Below, one piece after another: positions 48,531-62,696 of a stretch of DNA of 64,000 nucleotides. The DNA comes from Pelagibacteraceae bacterium AG-422-N09. GTDB taxonomy: Bacteria > Pseudomonadota > Alphaproteobacteria > Pelagibacterales > AG-422-B15. The position numbers and the translations under genes were made by a program. The notes under the pieces were generated by a model. That model searched no databases, was not told the origin of the DNA, and saw nothing but the letters and a program-made list of their open reading frames with translations. Position 1 is the first letter of the stretch, and each line of letters begins with the position of its first letter. Location of the stretch: NCBI GenBank assembly GCA_003213515.1, contig QCMV01000008.1, forward strand, positions 3,914-67,913, read 5' to 3'.

Positions 48531-48746
48531 ATGCCCAATTCCAATAAGCGCACTGTCAAGATAGATGGCCACATTACAAGTGTATTTCTTGAAACTGAAT
48601 TTTGGGAAGAAATATTAAAACTAAGCAAAAAAGAAAATACTACTCCAGATAAAATAATCTCAAAAATAGATAAGACGAAAAACACTTCCAATTTATCAAG
48701 CGCAATTAGACTATATGTTCTGAATCACTTAAAGGATCAGTTATGA
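48531..48746 (+). CDS. Ribbon-helix-helix domain protein (RHH_4-like)
   Basis: 71-aa ORF. The pattern V.I.GH.TSV.LE.EFWE.L...........I..ID......NLSSAIRLYVL matches the alphaproteobacterial RHH_4 family. Its stop overlaps the uvrD start (ATGA). Confidence 0.6.
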   Translation: MPNSNKRTVKIDGHITSVFLETEFWEEILKLSKKENTTPDKIISKIDKTKNTSNLSSAIRLYVLNHLKDQL

Positions 48747-50961
48747 CTGAAGTAAATTACCTAGAAAGTCTTAACCCACTACAATATGAGTCTGTTTGTA
48801 GTACCGAGGGTCCAAATCTAATTATTGCAGGAGCTGGAACTGGAAAAACTAAAGTACTCACAACGCGAGTTGCTCATATCATAGATAACAACTTAGCATT
48901 CCCCTCTCAGATTCTTTGCGTAACCTTTACTAACAAGGCTGCCAGAGAAATGTCCGAACGTGTTCAAAAACTGGTAAGTCAAAATATGGAAAAGATGCCT
49001 TGGATGGGAACCTTTCATTCAATTGGAGCAAAAATAATTAGAAACCACGCAGAGGTAATTGGTCTTAAACAAAGTTTTACGATACTTGATAAGGATGATC
49101 AGCTTTCCCTGATCAAGCAAATCATAAAGGCTGAAAACTTAGATCAATCACAGTTTTCACCAAAATTAATACAATCTAAAATTGATCATTGGAAAAATAA
49201 AGCTCTTAATCCAAATGATATAAAATCTGAGTCACTAGATAATTTAGTCGATGAAAAGAGTCTCTCTATTTATAAAATTTACCAAGCAAGGTTGTTTGAA
49301 ATTAATTGCTTAGATTTTGGTGACTTGCTTTTACAGTGTATCAATCTTTTTAAAGTAACTGATATTCATAAACGTTATAGCAATAATTTTAAATATATTC
49401 ATGTGGATGAGTACCAAGACACCAATGCTGCACAATATAAATGGCTTAAACTTCTTGGTTCTCACCATCAAAATGTTTGTTGTGTTGGAGACGATGATCA
49501 ATCAATTTATAGTTGGCGTGGCGCTGAAGTTGATAATATGCTTCGATTTGAAAAAGAATTTGAAAATGCAAAGGTAATACGACTTAAACAAAATTATCGA
49601 TCAACAAATAATATACTTAAGTCTGCATCATCATTAATTAGTTATAACGAATATAGACTTGGCAAGGAGCTTGTTTCGGACCAAGGTGATGGAGAGCCCA
49701 TACATTTACACTTAGTTAATTCAAGTAGAGACGAAGCCGATTTAGTTGCTCAGGATATTATGAAGTATAGTGACGATAACCCTGACCTTAACAATATCTC
49801 AATATTAGTAAGGGCAGTATTTCAATCACGTGAAATAGAGGAGTCTCTGATTAAATATTCAGTTCCTTATCGTATTGTAGGTGGTATTCGGTTCTATGAG
49901 AGATCAGAAATAAAAGATGCTGTTTCATATCTTAGGCTGGTATATGAAAGTCAAGACGATGTCGCATTTGAAAGAGCTTTAACAGTCCCTAAAAGAGGCA
50001 TAGGAGAAAAATCATTTAATCATATTTTATCTTACGCAAAACAAAAACGAATTTCATTGTATCAAGCATCAAAAGAAATGGTTGATACAGATGAATTTAC
50101 CAAAAAAATATCTGAAAGCTTAAAAGCATTCATTTCTGTTATCGATAGAGGAAAATCATCAATCGATAATTTGCAGTTTTATGACATTTTAAAAATGCTG
50201 CTCGATGAGTCTGGTTATATGAATATGCTTAAAAATGATAAAAATGTCTCTGCCCAAACAAAAATAGAAAATATTAAGGAATTAATAATTGCAATGGAAG
50301 ACTATAACAGCATTGAGGAGTTTTTAGAGCATGTATCTTTAGTTACAGCTATAGATGAAAATAATGAAGACAATAAAGTAAGTATCATGACGCTTCATGC
50401 CGCTAAAGGTCTTGAATATGATTATGTTTTTTTGCCAGGTTGGGAAGAAGGGCTTTTCCCTCACCAAAAAACAATTGATGAAACTGGCAATAAAGGAATT
50501 GAAGAGGAACGTAGACTTGCATATGTCGGCATAACGCGAGCTAAAAAAATAATAAATATTTCAACATCAATGAGTCGTCGATTTCAAAATAATTGGATGC
50601 CTTCATTGCAATCTCGATTTATCGAGGAGTTAGATCAAGAATTAATAAAAACTATTAATCACGCGTCAAGCCATATGGACAGATTCCAAAATCAAGATTT
50701 TGATGAATTAAATCAAGATTTTGATTTTAAACCAAGAAAATTAGATTTTAAAAATAATCTATCTTCAAGTTATCGAACAGTAGTTGATATGGAAATAGAA
50801 AATGTTAGAGATATAAACGATGATGTTTTACTTCAAATAGGGCAAACGGTTGAACACAAAAAATTTGGTATTGGTCGAATAAAAGATATTGACGGCACAA
50901 AGGCAGTTGTGGATTTTGATAAACATGGTACAAAAAAATTAATATCTGATTTTCTAAAACC

Positions 50962-50968
<7 letters not shown>
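48743..50968 (+). CDS. uvrD: UvrD/Rep-family ATP-dependent DNA helicase
   Basis: 741-aa ORF with Walker A AGAGTGKT, motif II VDEYQDTN, QNYRST, and a C-terminal Tudor-like HKKFGIGRI segment. Confidence 0.9.
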
Positions 50969-54715
<3,747 letters not shown>

Positions 54716-55480
54716 TTAACTTAAATCTTTGACTAACTCGTAACTTTTTGTGTACCAATCACTATCAGGAAAATTAAAACCTAGAGTCGATGCATATCTT
54801 TTTGCTTCTTCAATTAAACCAAGGGAGTAATAGATTTCAACAAGTCTATGTAATGCCTCCTCTGTATATACAGAAGTATCATAATCCTCTAAAATTTTAT
54901 TATACCTGTTAATTGCTGATATCCATTGCTGTTTAAATTGATAATATCTGGCAATTTCAATTTCTTTTGCTGCCAGCCTATCATTTATAATATCAATTTT
55001 TAAGTAAGCATCTTCAACAAACTCAGAATCAGGATATTTGTTTATAACCTCATAAAAGGCCTTTTTAGATTTTACCGTCATACTTTGATCTCTTTCTACA
55101 TCTTTTATCTGCTCAAAGTAATTTAAAGCTCGTAGATAGTAAGCGTATGAAATTTTCTTGCTGCCAGGGTAAAGTGCAATAAATCTTTCTAGAGCATCTA
55201 GGCTTTCATCATGAAATTGTGTTTTATAATAACAGAACGCAGTCATTAATTGTGCCTGATTAGACCACTTTGAATACGGATATTGTCTTTCAATATCTTC
55301 AAATAGTATTGCTGCATCTACAAAATCTCTTTTTTTAACTAATTCCATAGCATTTGAGTAGAGTATTTGAAGTTTTTCACCCTCTGTTTCAGGCGTAACT
55401 AACTTTGTATCTGAACAACCGCTAAGAATAAAAGTAGCTAAAGTTAGAAAAATAAAGATTTTTATTAATTTCATAACCAT
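54716..55480 (-). CDS. bamD: Outer-membrane protein assembly factor BamD
   Basis: 254-aa ORF with a lipoprotein signal and lipobox LSGC, TPR-like repeats, and the conserved position next to lpxC. Confidence 0.8.
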   Translation of the reverse strand: MVMKLIKIFIFLTLATFILSGCSDTKLVTPETEGEKLQILYSNAMELVKKRDFVDAAILFEDIERQYPYSKWSNQAQLMTAFCYYKTQFHDESLDALERFIALYPGSKKISYAYYLRALNYFEQIKDVERDQSMTVKSKKAFYEVINKYPDSEFVEDAYLKIDIINDRLAAKEIEIARYYQFKQQWISAINRYNKILEDYDTSVYTEEALHRLVEIYYSLGLIEEAKRYASTLGFNFPDSDWYTKSYELVKDLS

Positions 55481-55523
55481 AATTTTAATGATTATTTAAG
55501 AAGATTAAAGATGAATTTCTAAA

Positions 55524-56450
55524 TTATAATGATGCAGCTACGGATTTCGTGTAATAGGTTTTTTGATAATTTTTATCATTTAAATTATCTTCTTTTATAA
55601 GGCGCCAGTTTGACTGATCAGACATTATTGAATTCATAGTTTCATGAGTTAATCTGTGACCCCCTTTATATATTTCAAACGCTCCTTTCACTGAATATCC
55701 TAAGAGATAAATATCACCAATGAAATCAAGTATTTTATGTTTAACAAATTCATTTTCTTGACGCAATTTGTCATTATTCACAATTCCTTTTTTATCAAGA
55801 ACAATTGCATTATCTAAAGAACCTCCTGCTATAAGACCTTTTTTTCTAAGAGAATCTACCTCTTCTTTAAAGCCAAAAGTTCTGCAATTAGAAATAAGAT
55901 TTTTAAACTGGTTTGAATCTTTAAACTCATAATTAAATCTTTGTTCCTTTATAAGATTGTGATCATAAGAAATTGTATAATCAATTTCTAAATTATCAGA
56001 TGGGGAAACTTTCACAAAAGAATCATTCATACTAAACACAATTGGTCTAGATATGCTTAGATATTTTTTTTCTACATTTAAACTTTTAAGACCAACTTCC
56101 TCAATGTTACGTACATATTCTAGGGAGCTACCATCAAGAATTGGTAATTCATCACAGTCTACTTCAACAATTGCGTTATCAATTCCCATGCCATGTAAAG
56201 CTGACATCAAATGTTCAATTGTTGAAACTGATATTTTGTATTTATTAGTAATCTTTGTACATAGATCTGAGACGCTAACGTTATTAAACTTTGCTTCAAT
56301 TAGTGATTCTTCATTAGAATTTTTAATATCAGCTCTTCTAAATACGATGCCAGTGTTGGCAGTCGCTGGGTTAACAGACAAATTTGATTTTTCACCGCTG
56401 TGTAAAGTTATACCTTCAATATTGAATGATTTATTAATGGTTTTTTGCAT
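55524..56450 (-). CDS. lpxC: UDP-3-O-acyl-N-acetylglucosamine deacetylase
   Basis: 308-aa ORF with TIEHLMSAL and EFVKHKILDFIGDIYLLG. Confidence 0.93.
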   Translation of the reverse strand: MQKTINKSFNIEGITLHSGEKSNLSVNPATANTGIVFRRADIKNSNEESLIEAKFNNVSVSDLCTKITNKYKISVSTIEHLMSALHGMGIDNAIVEVDCDELPILDGSSLEYVRNIEEVGLKSLNVEKKYLSISRPIVFSMNDSFVKVSPSDNLEIDYTISYDHNLIKEQRFNYEFKDSNQFKNLISNCRTFGFKEEVDSLRKKGLIAGGSLDNAIVLDKKGIVNNDKLRQENEFVKHKILDFIGDIYLLGYSVKGAFEIYKGGHRLTHETMNSIMSDQSNWRLIKEDNLNDKNYQKTYYTKSVAASL

Positions 56451-56514
56451 CCTGATGTTTATAAATTGTTTAAAACCACGGGAAAAAACAAAGATTATTT
56501 CTTTTTGTTACTAC

Positions 56515-57702
56515 TTAAAGGTTTCTAAAAAAATTATAAACTACTGAAAATACTGATTTTTTTTCTGATTTAGACTCATCCTTATCTCCCTCCATGTTAT
56601 GGTTTGCGGCATAATTTAAAAGACCAAATGCTGATGCAAGAGACGGATTATCTAAATAAGTTTTTGATCCGTTAATTTTTTTTGTCGATCCTAAACGAAA
56701 ATTACTATCACTCATTTGATTTTTGATGAATTTTTGCATAGTTAACGACTTTGCTCCATATCCAGTAAGCACAATATTATTAGATACTAGATAGCTGAAT
56801 TTTGATTTATAAATTAAATTTTTTATTAAATTTGATAATTCTTCTGCTCTTGATGAATATATTTCAAAATACTTTTCTAATTTTTTTTCATAAATTCTCT
56901 GACTATTCATTGTATCAATTTGCTTTCTAACTATTTCGGCCTCTTCTAGTGAAATTGATTTGACTTGTGATATATCATTTGAAAAATTATAAGTGCCAAC
57001 TTTAACCGTATCATAGCCAATAAGTTGGTTGTCAAAGGTATAAGAAATAATTGTCTTGTTTTTTTGAATATCGATACTTACTGCTCCATTATCTGCTTCT
57101 TCATCTGATAACACTGCAAGACTGCTAGCATAGTGACTCGAAACTATTTGTTTGAGGCTTATGTCTTGATTATTTAATAAATCTAATATTTTACTTAGAT
57201 AGTCTTTTGAAGTTGATATAACATGCCATTTTGTATGAAGAGTTTCAGCTTTCACACCAATTGGATCTGATAAGCTTTTTTTATTATCTACTTTGTAACT
57301 TATTGGAAAGGAATGAAGTGGTTCATCAGTTTCAGTATATAGTCTTTTAAATTTGGTATCTTCAAAAAAAGATTTGATATCATTTTCTGTTATGATCCTA
57401 CCTGAAATTTTATTTTCAAATTCAATATAATCTGATTTCATGTTTTCTGATATACTGACATAAACGTTACTAATCTTTATACCAGCATCTACTTCTGCTT
57501 TCGAAATAGCGGCATCAAGATGATTTTTAATTTCATCTGTTTCCAATGAAAAGGGCTTTAAACAATTAACTTTCAGTTTAGAAGTACCTATTCCAATAAG
57601 TTGAAGAATTTTCCCTTTGTCTAATATTTGTAATTCTTGAGCAATAAGGCAAATTACTTTGTCGGCTCTTATGTCAATCGCACTAATTATTTTTTGAACC
57701 AT
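56515..57702 (-). CDS. ftsA: Cell division protein FtsA
   Basis: 395-aa actin-fold ORF following ftsQ, with a C-terminal amphipathic helix (SVFSVVYNFFRNL). Confidence 0.85.
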   Translation of the reverse strand: MVQKIISAIDIRADKVICLIAQELQILDKGKILQLIGIGTSKLKVNCLKPFSLETDEIKNHLDAAISKAEVDAGIKISNVYVSISENMKSDYIEFENKISGRIITENDIKSFFEDTKFKRLYTETDEPLHSFPISYKVDNKKSLSDPIGVKAETLHTKWHVISTSKDYLSKILDLLNNQDISLKQIVSSHYASSLAVLSDEEADNGAVSIDIQKNKTIISYTFDNQLIGYDTVKVGTYNFSNDISQVKSISLEEAEIVRKQIDTMNSQRIYEKKLEKYFEIYSSRAEELSNLIKNLIYKSKFSYLVSNNIVLTGYGAKSLTMQKFIKNQMSDSNFRLGSTKKINGSKTYLDNPSLASAFGLLNYAANHNMEGDKDESKSEKKSVFSVVYNFFRNL

Positions 57703-58436
57703 TAAATCTCATCAATACCATAATTTATTTTTCCATCTAAAACTTTGAGGGCTGCTCTTCCTTGAATTCTTAAATCTATTTCAATAATGTTACTCTCCAT
57801 TACTTCTTGCTCCTCAAAAAGCTGTTTTAAATTTTTTAATGATTGTTGAATGTTTTCATCTGGTAATTTTACAACCAATTTATTATTTAATTTTAGATTC
57901 CACCTTCTTTTTTCAATAAATTCAACTTCTTCCAGAGTTTGAGTTAAATTTGGAAACGCAATACTTATGTCCCTGATTAATTGCTCGAGTAATTCTGGCG
58001 AGTTCTCACCCCTTACTAATAAGAGGCCATCTTCATAATTGTTTAAGTTAATTTCAGTAATGATTGATCCATCAAGATCTATAAGAAAAGATTTTCCTTC
58101 TTGAAAGTATATTGCATATGGATCGTTCTCAGTTACATTTATTTTTAAAGTTGATGGTAAAACTTTTTTTATAGACGCCCGCTTTACCCATTCACTTGAC
58201 TCTACAATTTCCTTGATGGAATTAAAATTTAAGCCAATAAGATTACCTTTAAATTCAGTCACATTATTTTCAATCTCAGATATATTTGATTTTTCAGAAC
58301 CTTCTATAATTACATTCTTAATTTGAAATGAATTATTTAATAAACTTGGAAATTTTAAAAATACAAATATTGCAATAAGAGAAATGAATATTAAAGAGAA
58401 GGAAACAATATTTATTATTTTAATTTTGCGTTGCAT
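57702..58436 (-). CDS. ftsQ: Cell division protein FtsQ
   Basis: 244-aa ORF with an N-terminal TM helix followed by POTRA-like and FtsQ-type domains. It sits between ddl and ftsA. Confidence 0.8.
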   Translation of the reverse strand: MQRKIKIINIVSFSLIFISLIAIFVFLKFPSLLNNSFQIKNVIIEGSEKSNISEIENNVTEFKGNLIGLNFNSIKEIVESSEWVKRASIKKVLPSTLKINVTENDPYAIYFQEGKSFLIDLDGSIITEINLNNYEDGLLLVRGENSPELLEQLIRDISIAFPNLTQTLEEVEFIEKRRWNLKLNNKLVVKLPDENIQQSLKNLKQLFEEQEVMESNIIEIDLRIQGRAALKVLDGKINYGIDEI

Positions 58437-59328
58437 CTAATAGGATCCAATTAATAAGATTATCAAAGTTTATACCTTTATAATTTGCAATTTCAGGGAC
58501 TAATGAAGTTGGTGTCATGCCGGGTTGGGTATTAAGCTCTAATATATAAAATTTTTTTGTCACTTTATCTAATATAAATTCGGTTCGGCTGATTCCCTTA
58601 CAACCCAATAATTTATGAGCATCTAAACCTAAACCTTCAACTTTTTTAATCAGGTCGCTCTCTAATCTTGGTGGAATTATATGTTTTGTTTTCCCTGCGT
58701 CAAAGTACTTTGATTCGTAATCATAGAATTCGTTTTTTGGATCAATTTCAATAGAACCAGTTTTATTTGTTCCTATAACAGCAACATTTATTTCAGGACC
58801 CTCTATAAATTGCTGAAGCAATAATTCATTTCGAAATTTATTCTCAGACAAGTATTTATTTAATTCCTCATGGTTTCTAATAATGCTAACTCCAACACTA
58901 GATCCTTCATTTCTAGGTTTTAAGACATAGGGAAAATCAAATATATTTTGATCTTTCACTTCCTCTATCTTCATCAATTTCGTTAAAGGATGATTGAACC
59001 CATTTTCAATAAATAGTTCAGCAGATTTGTATTTATCCATTGCTAATTTGGATGACTCAATTCCAGAATGAGTGTAAGGCACTCCATATTTTTCAAGTAT
59101 TTCTTGAACACTTCCGTCTTCACCCCATGTTCCGTGTAATCCATTGAATACTATGTCAGGTTTATGCAGTTCAAGGTCAGCTAACAGATTCTCATCTGCA
59201 TCAATTTCTACAATATTGTAGCCCATATTTTTAAGAGATTTGCTTATTTCTTTTGAGGTGATAATACTTATTTCTCTTTCTGCAGAAATGCCTCCATACA
59301 AAAGCATTATTTTTTTGTCTTTATTCAT
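58420..59328 (-). CDS. ddl: D-alanine--D-alanine ligase
   Basis: 302-aa ATP-grasp ORF with LHGTWGEDG, a KPRNEGSSVG segment, and LELNTQPGMT. Confidence 0.92.
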   Translation of the reverse strand: MNKDKKIMLLYGGISAEREISIITSKEISKSLKNMGYNIVEIDADENLLADLELHKPDIVFNGLHGTWGEDGSVQEILEKYGVPYTHSGIESSKLAMDKYKSAELFIENGFNHPLTKLMKIEEVKDQNIFDFPYVLKPRNEGSSVGVSIIRNHEELNKYLSENKFRNELLLQQFIEGPEINVAVIGTNKTGSIEIDPKNEFYDYESKYFDAGKTKHIIPPRLESDLIKKVEGLGLDAHKLLGCKGISRTEFILDKVTKKFYILELNTQPGMTPTSLVPEIANYKGINFDNLINWILLDATQN

Positions 59329-60248
59329 CTTTCACCAAATATCTTTATTTCCCAGTTTAGGCTTATTCCCAAATTTTTCTTTACATCAGACCTAACATAT
59401 TCTCCGAAGTCTTCGATAAGGTTTGCTGATTTAGTTTGATTATTAACTATGAAGTTTGAATGCTTAGAAGAGAAAGATATTCCTTGAAGCTCAAAATTTT
59501 TAAGACCAGCTTCTTCAATAATTTCCCATGCTTTTTTATCAGTCTGATCTTTTGGATTTTTAAATGTACTTCCTGCTGTTTTAATTTGCTGAGGTTGAGC
59601 TTTTTTTCTTTGATCATCAACTTCTTTCATTTTTAGGGAAATTGCATTTTTGCTTGCATTTTTTTTTTGCATATACACATCGCAGATAATCATATCTTGA
59701 GGTATATTACTTTCCCTATAAGAAAATAATTCCTTCGAATTACGTATTTCTGAGACTTGCCCCCTATAATCAACACACTTTGCTTTAATAAAAACATCTT
59801 TTGTTTCAGAATTATAACAACCGGCGTTCATACGAACTGCACCACCAAGTGTTCCGGGAATTCCAAAATAAAACTCCATTCCGCCTATTTCATTTTTCTG
59901 ACAATAATTCGATAATACTCTATCGTAGGTTGCAGCTCCAACTTCAATACAATCATTATGTAATTTAATTTGACCAAATTCTTTTCCTAATTTTATTACA
60001 AGGCCAAATATTCCACCATCTCTTATAATGATATTCGATCCAGCTCCAATCACCGTTACTGGTAATTTATCTCTGTTGATTTCTAAAACTTTTGCTAATT
60101 CTTCAAAATTTGGTGGTATATAAAATATCTCAGCTTTGCCTGCTACCCCAAACCAGGTATATTTTGATAAATTATGATTTATTTGAATTTTTCCAATAAC
60201 ATTGTTTTTTTTACAATCTTCTAAAAATTCCCTTTGATTTTCATTCAT
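59325..60248 (-). CDS. murB: UDP-N-acetylenolpyruvoylglucosamine reductase
   Basis: 307-aa ORF with an FAD-binding PCMH domain (VIGAGSNIII, GIPGTLGGAVRMNAG) and AGSTFKNP. Confidence 0.92.
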   Translation of the reverse strand: MNENQREFLEDCKKNNVIGKIQINHNLSKYTWFGVAGKAEIFYIPPNFEELAKVLEINRDKLPVTVIGAGSNIIIRDGGIFGLVIKLGKEFGQIKLHNDCIEVGAATYDRVLSNYCQKNEIGGMEFYFGIPGTLGGAVRMNAGCYNSETKDVFIKAKCVDYRGQVSEIRNSKELFSYRESNIPQDMIICDVYMQKKNASKNAISLKMKEVDDQRKKAQPQQIKTAGSTFKNPKDQTDKKAWEIIEEAGLKNFELQGISFSSKHSNFIVNNQTKSANLIEDFGEYVRSDVKKNLGISLNWEIKIFGER

Positions 60249-61635
60249 AAATTTTTTTTAACTCTTTAGCAAAATTTTGAGCCCAATCTGTAACTGTCCC
60301 AGCCCCTAAAAATAAAAAGATTATTTTTGAACTATTCTTCTTTGTTAATTCAAATAGTTGATCATTTTTAACAAAATATTCAGCTTTGACTTTAGAATTT
60401 TTTGCAATGTTACTAATAAATTTATTTAAATCAAAATTTTTTGGTTTTTTCTCACCCGCTCCATAAACATCCGAAACAAATACATATTCACTATTTTTAA
60501 AACACGTCGTGAATTTGCTTTTCAAATCTAAAACCCTTGAGAATCTATGAGGCTGGAAAATAGTTATAATTCTATTTTTTTTGTCTGCATCAACCAATCC
60601 TTTTAATACATTATTTATTTCAGTCGGATGATGGGCATAATCATCAACAACTCTTATGTTATTATTACTCCATAATTCAGTAAGTCTTCTTTGGACGCCC
60701 TTAAAAGAATTTAGAGACTTCTTAATTATTTCTGGTTTTACATTTAATTGAAGACCAACTGCTATAGCAACTAATGCATTATTTACATTATATGCTCCAT
60801 GAAGTGGTAACTTAATATTTTTAATAGTTTGGTTTTGCTCTTTCACAAAAACATCAAATATTGTTTCATAGGCTTTATGTATTAATTTAATACATTTGAT
60901 ATCACTTTCTCTATGAAAACCGGTTCTAATAATTTTTGTAGTACTTATATTTGCAGCTAACTTACGTAGCTCATTATCATCTATACATATAACTGCGAAA
61001 CCATAAAAAGGAACTTGTGTGATAAACCTTTTGAAATAGTTTTTTAGATTTTGAAAATTTGAATAGTAATCAAGATGTTCTTTATCAATATTAGTTACCA
61101 CAGAAATTGAGGCTGGAAGTTTTACAAAAGTACCGTCAGATTCATCAGCTTCAACTACTAACCAATCACCTGATCCTAATTTTGTATTTGTTCCAAACTG
61201 ATTTATTATCCCGCCATTGATTACAGTGGGTTTCATTCTTGCCCCATTTAAAACTGCTGAAATTAGAGATGTCGTAGTAGTTTTCCCATGAGACCCAGAT
61301 ATAGCTATAGTTTTTTTTAGTTTTACAATTTGAGATAATATTTCAGCTCTTGAAATTGAAGGAATTTTAATTTTTTTGGAATATTCAAGCTCAATATTGT
61401 TTTTACTTATTGCAGATGAATAAACAACTAAGCTTACATTTTTTAAATTCGACTTTTTATGTGAATTGAAAGTTTTTATTTTCTTTTTATTTAATCGAAC
61501 AATATTTGCGTTAATTTTTATGTCACTTCCTTGAACTTGATATCCCATTTCTGATAAAATTTCTGCAATTCCACTCATGCCAATTCCACCAACTCCAACA
61601 ATATGTATTAATTTATTTTTATTTAATTTCATCAA
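60241..61635 (-). CDS. murC: UDP-N-acetylmuramate--L-alanine ligase
   Basis: 464-aa ORF with GVGGIGMSGIAE, GSHGKTTTTS and DDYAHHP. Confidence 0.93.
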   Translation of the reverse strand: MMKLNKNKLIHIVGVGGIGMSGIAEILSEMGYQVQGSDIKINANIVRLNKKKIKTFNSHKKSNLKNVSLVVYSSAISKNNIELEYSKKIKIPSISRAEILSQIVKLKKTIAISGSHGKTTTTSLISAVLNGARMKPTVINGGIINQFGTNTKLGSGDWLVVEADESDGTFVKLPASISVVTNIDKEHLDYYSNFQNLKNYFKRFITQVPFYGFAVICIDDNELRKLAANISTTKIIRTGFHRESDIKCIKLIHKAYETIFDVFVKEQNQTIKNIKLPLHGAYNVNNALVAIAVGLQLNVKPEIIKKSLNSFKGVQRRLTELWSNNNIRVVDDYAHHPTEINNVLKGLVDADKKNRIITIFQPHRFSRVLDLKSKFTTCFKNSEYVFVSDVYGAGEKKPKNFDLNKFISNIAKNSKVKAEYFVKNDQLFELTKKNSSKIIFLFLGAGTVTDWAQNFAKELKKIYE

Positions 61636-62687
61636 CTTGCTTCTATATGCTTAAAAATTCTTTCAACAGGATTGTTTATATACTCTTTTTTTAAAGTTTC
61701 TTTAATAGACTCTCTTCTTTGCGGGCTTTTGATTATTTTATTGATCAGACTTGATAATAAGTGAGTATTCATATCTTTGTCCTTAATTATTTCAGCACAA
61801 TTAAGGCTTTTAAGAACTGATGCATTATAATATTGATGGTTGTCGGCAGCGTATGGATAAGGAATCAAAATTGAGGGAATTCCAAAGCAAATAATTTCAT
61901 TTACAGTCGATGAGCCAGCTCGTGAAATAATTAAATTTGCATTCTCTAAAATATCTGTGACATTGCTGAAGTATACATTTACATAGCACTCAATACTATT
62001 TTCTCTATAAAGTTTTTCTACTAAGTTTACATCTTCTTTCCTACATTGATGGTAAACAATAAATTCTTTCTTACATTCATTCTTAGATTTTATGATCGAA
62101 CGAGCGACATTATCTGAAAGGTTTTTTGCACCTTGGCTGCCACCAAGAATACATATTTTAAGTTGATTTTTTTTATGTGTTTCTTTATTTTCTAAGTTCT
62201 TACTACTCCTAGTTGGCAAACCAACTCTGAATGAATTTTTATTTTGAATTAGCTTTACACCATGCGTTTCGTTGAAAGTTGTAAAGATATTACCTACATA
62301 TTTAAATAATAATTTATTCGCTTTTCCAATAAATGCATTACCCTCATGAAGAAAAATTTTTTTTCTCATTATTAAACTAGCGAAAAGAACAGGTATTGTG
62401 AAAAATCCACCAAAACCTAAAGTGTAATCGGGTTTGATTTTAAAATTGTATAACATTGATTGAATAAATAAGAATGGAGAATTTATAATATTTGCTAGTC
62501 TTGATTGAGAAGAAATAAGATTTCTAAGTATTATTACATTATTTGAGTCTATATTATCGAAATATTTCTGGCCTCTGTTATCGGTTAAAATAAAGCATTT
62601 AAAATTTTTAGGTGCCTCCGAGTAAACTACATTTATTGGTATACAGTGGCCGCCGGTACCTCCACCTACTAAAAAAAGTTTTTTCAT
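61632..62687 (-). CDS. murG: Undecaprenyldiphospho-muramoylpentapeptide beta-N-acetylglucosaminyltransferase
   Basis: 351-aa ORF with GGTGGH at the N-terminus, ISRAGSSTV, and its dcw position. Confidence 0.9.
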   Translation of the reverse strand: MKKLFLVGGGTGGHCIPINVVYSEAPKNFKCFILTDNRGQKYFDNIDSNNVIILRNLISSQSRLANIINSPFLFIQSMLYNFKIKPDYTLGFGGFFTIPVLFASLIMRKKIFLHEGNAFIGKANKLLFKYVGNIFTTFNETHGVKLIQNKNSFRVGLPTRSSKNLENKETHKKNQLKICILGGSQGAKNLSDNVARSIIKSKNECKKEFIVYHQCRKEDVNLVEKLYRENSIECYVNVYFSNVTDILENANLIISRAGSSTVNEIICFGIPSILIPYPYAADNHQYYNASVLKSLNCAEIIKDKDMNTHLLSSLINKIIKSPQRRESIKETLKKEYINNPVERIFKHIEAS

Positions 62688-62696
62688 AAAGTTAGT

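Noticed and set aside
50690-50725. 15-nt direct repeat aatcaagattttgat, occurring twice 21 nt apart.
   Set aside because: It lies in frame inside the uvrD C-terminal linker (NQDFDELNQDFD). This is a small in-frame duplication of a low-complexity acidic segment, not a regulatory or mobile repeat.
56487-56509. AT-only hairpin (aacaaa / tttgtt) with an adjacent T-run after ftsA, as a possible terminator before lpxC.
   Set aside because: It has six mostly A-T pairs, and the T-run is partly inside the stem. It is too weak to call.
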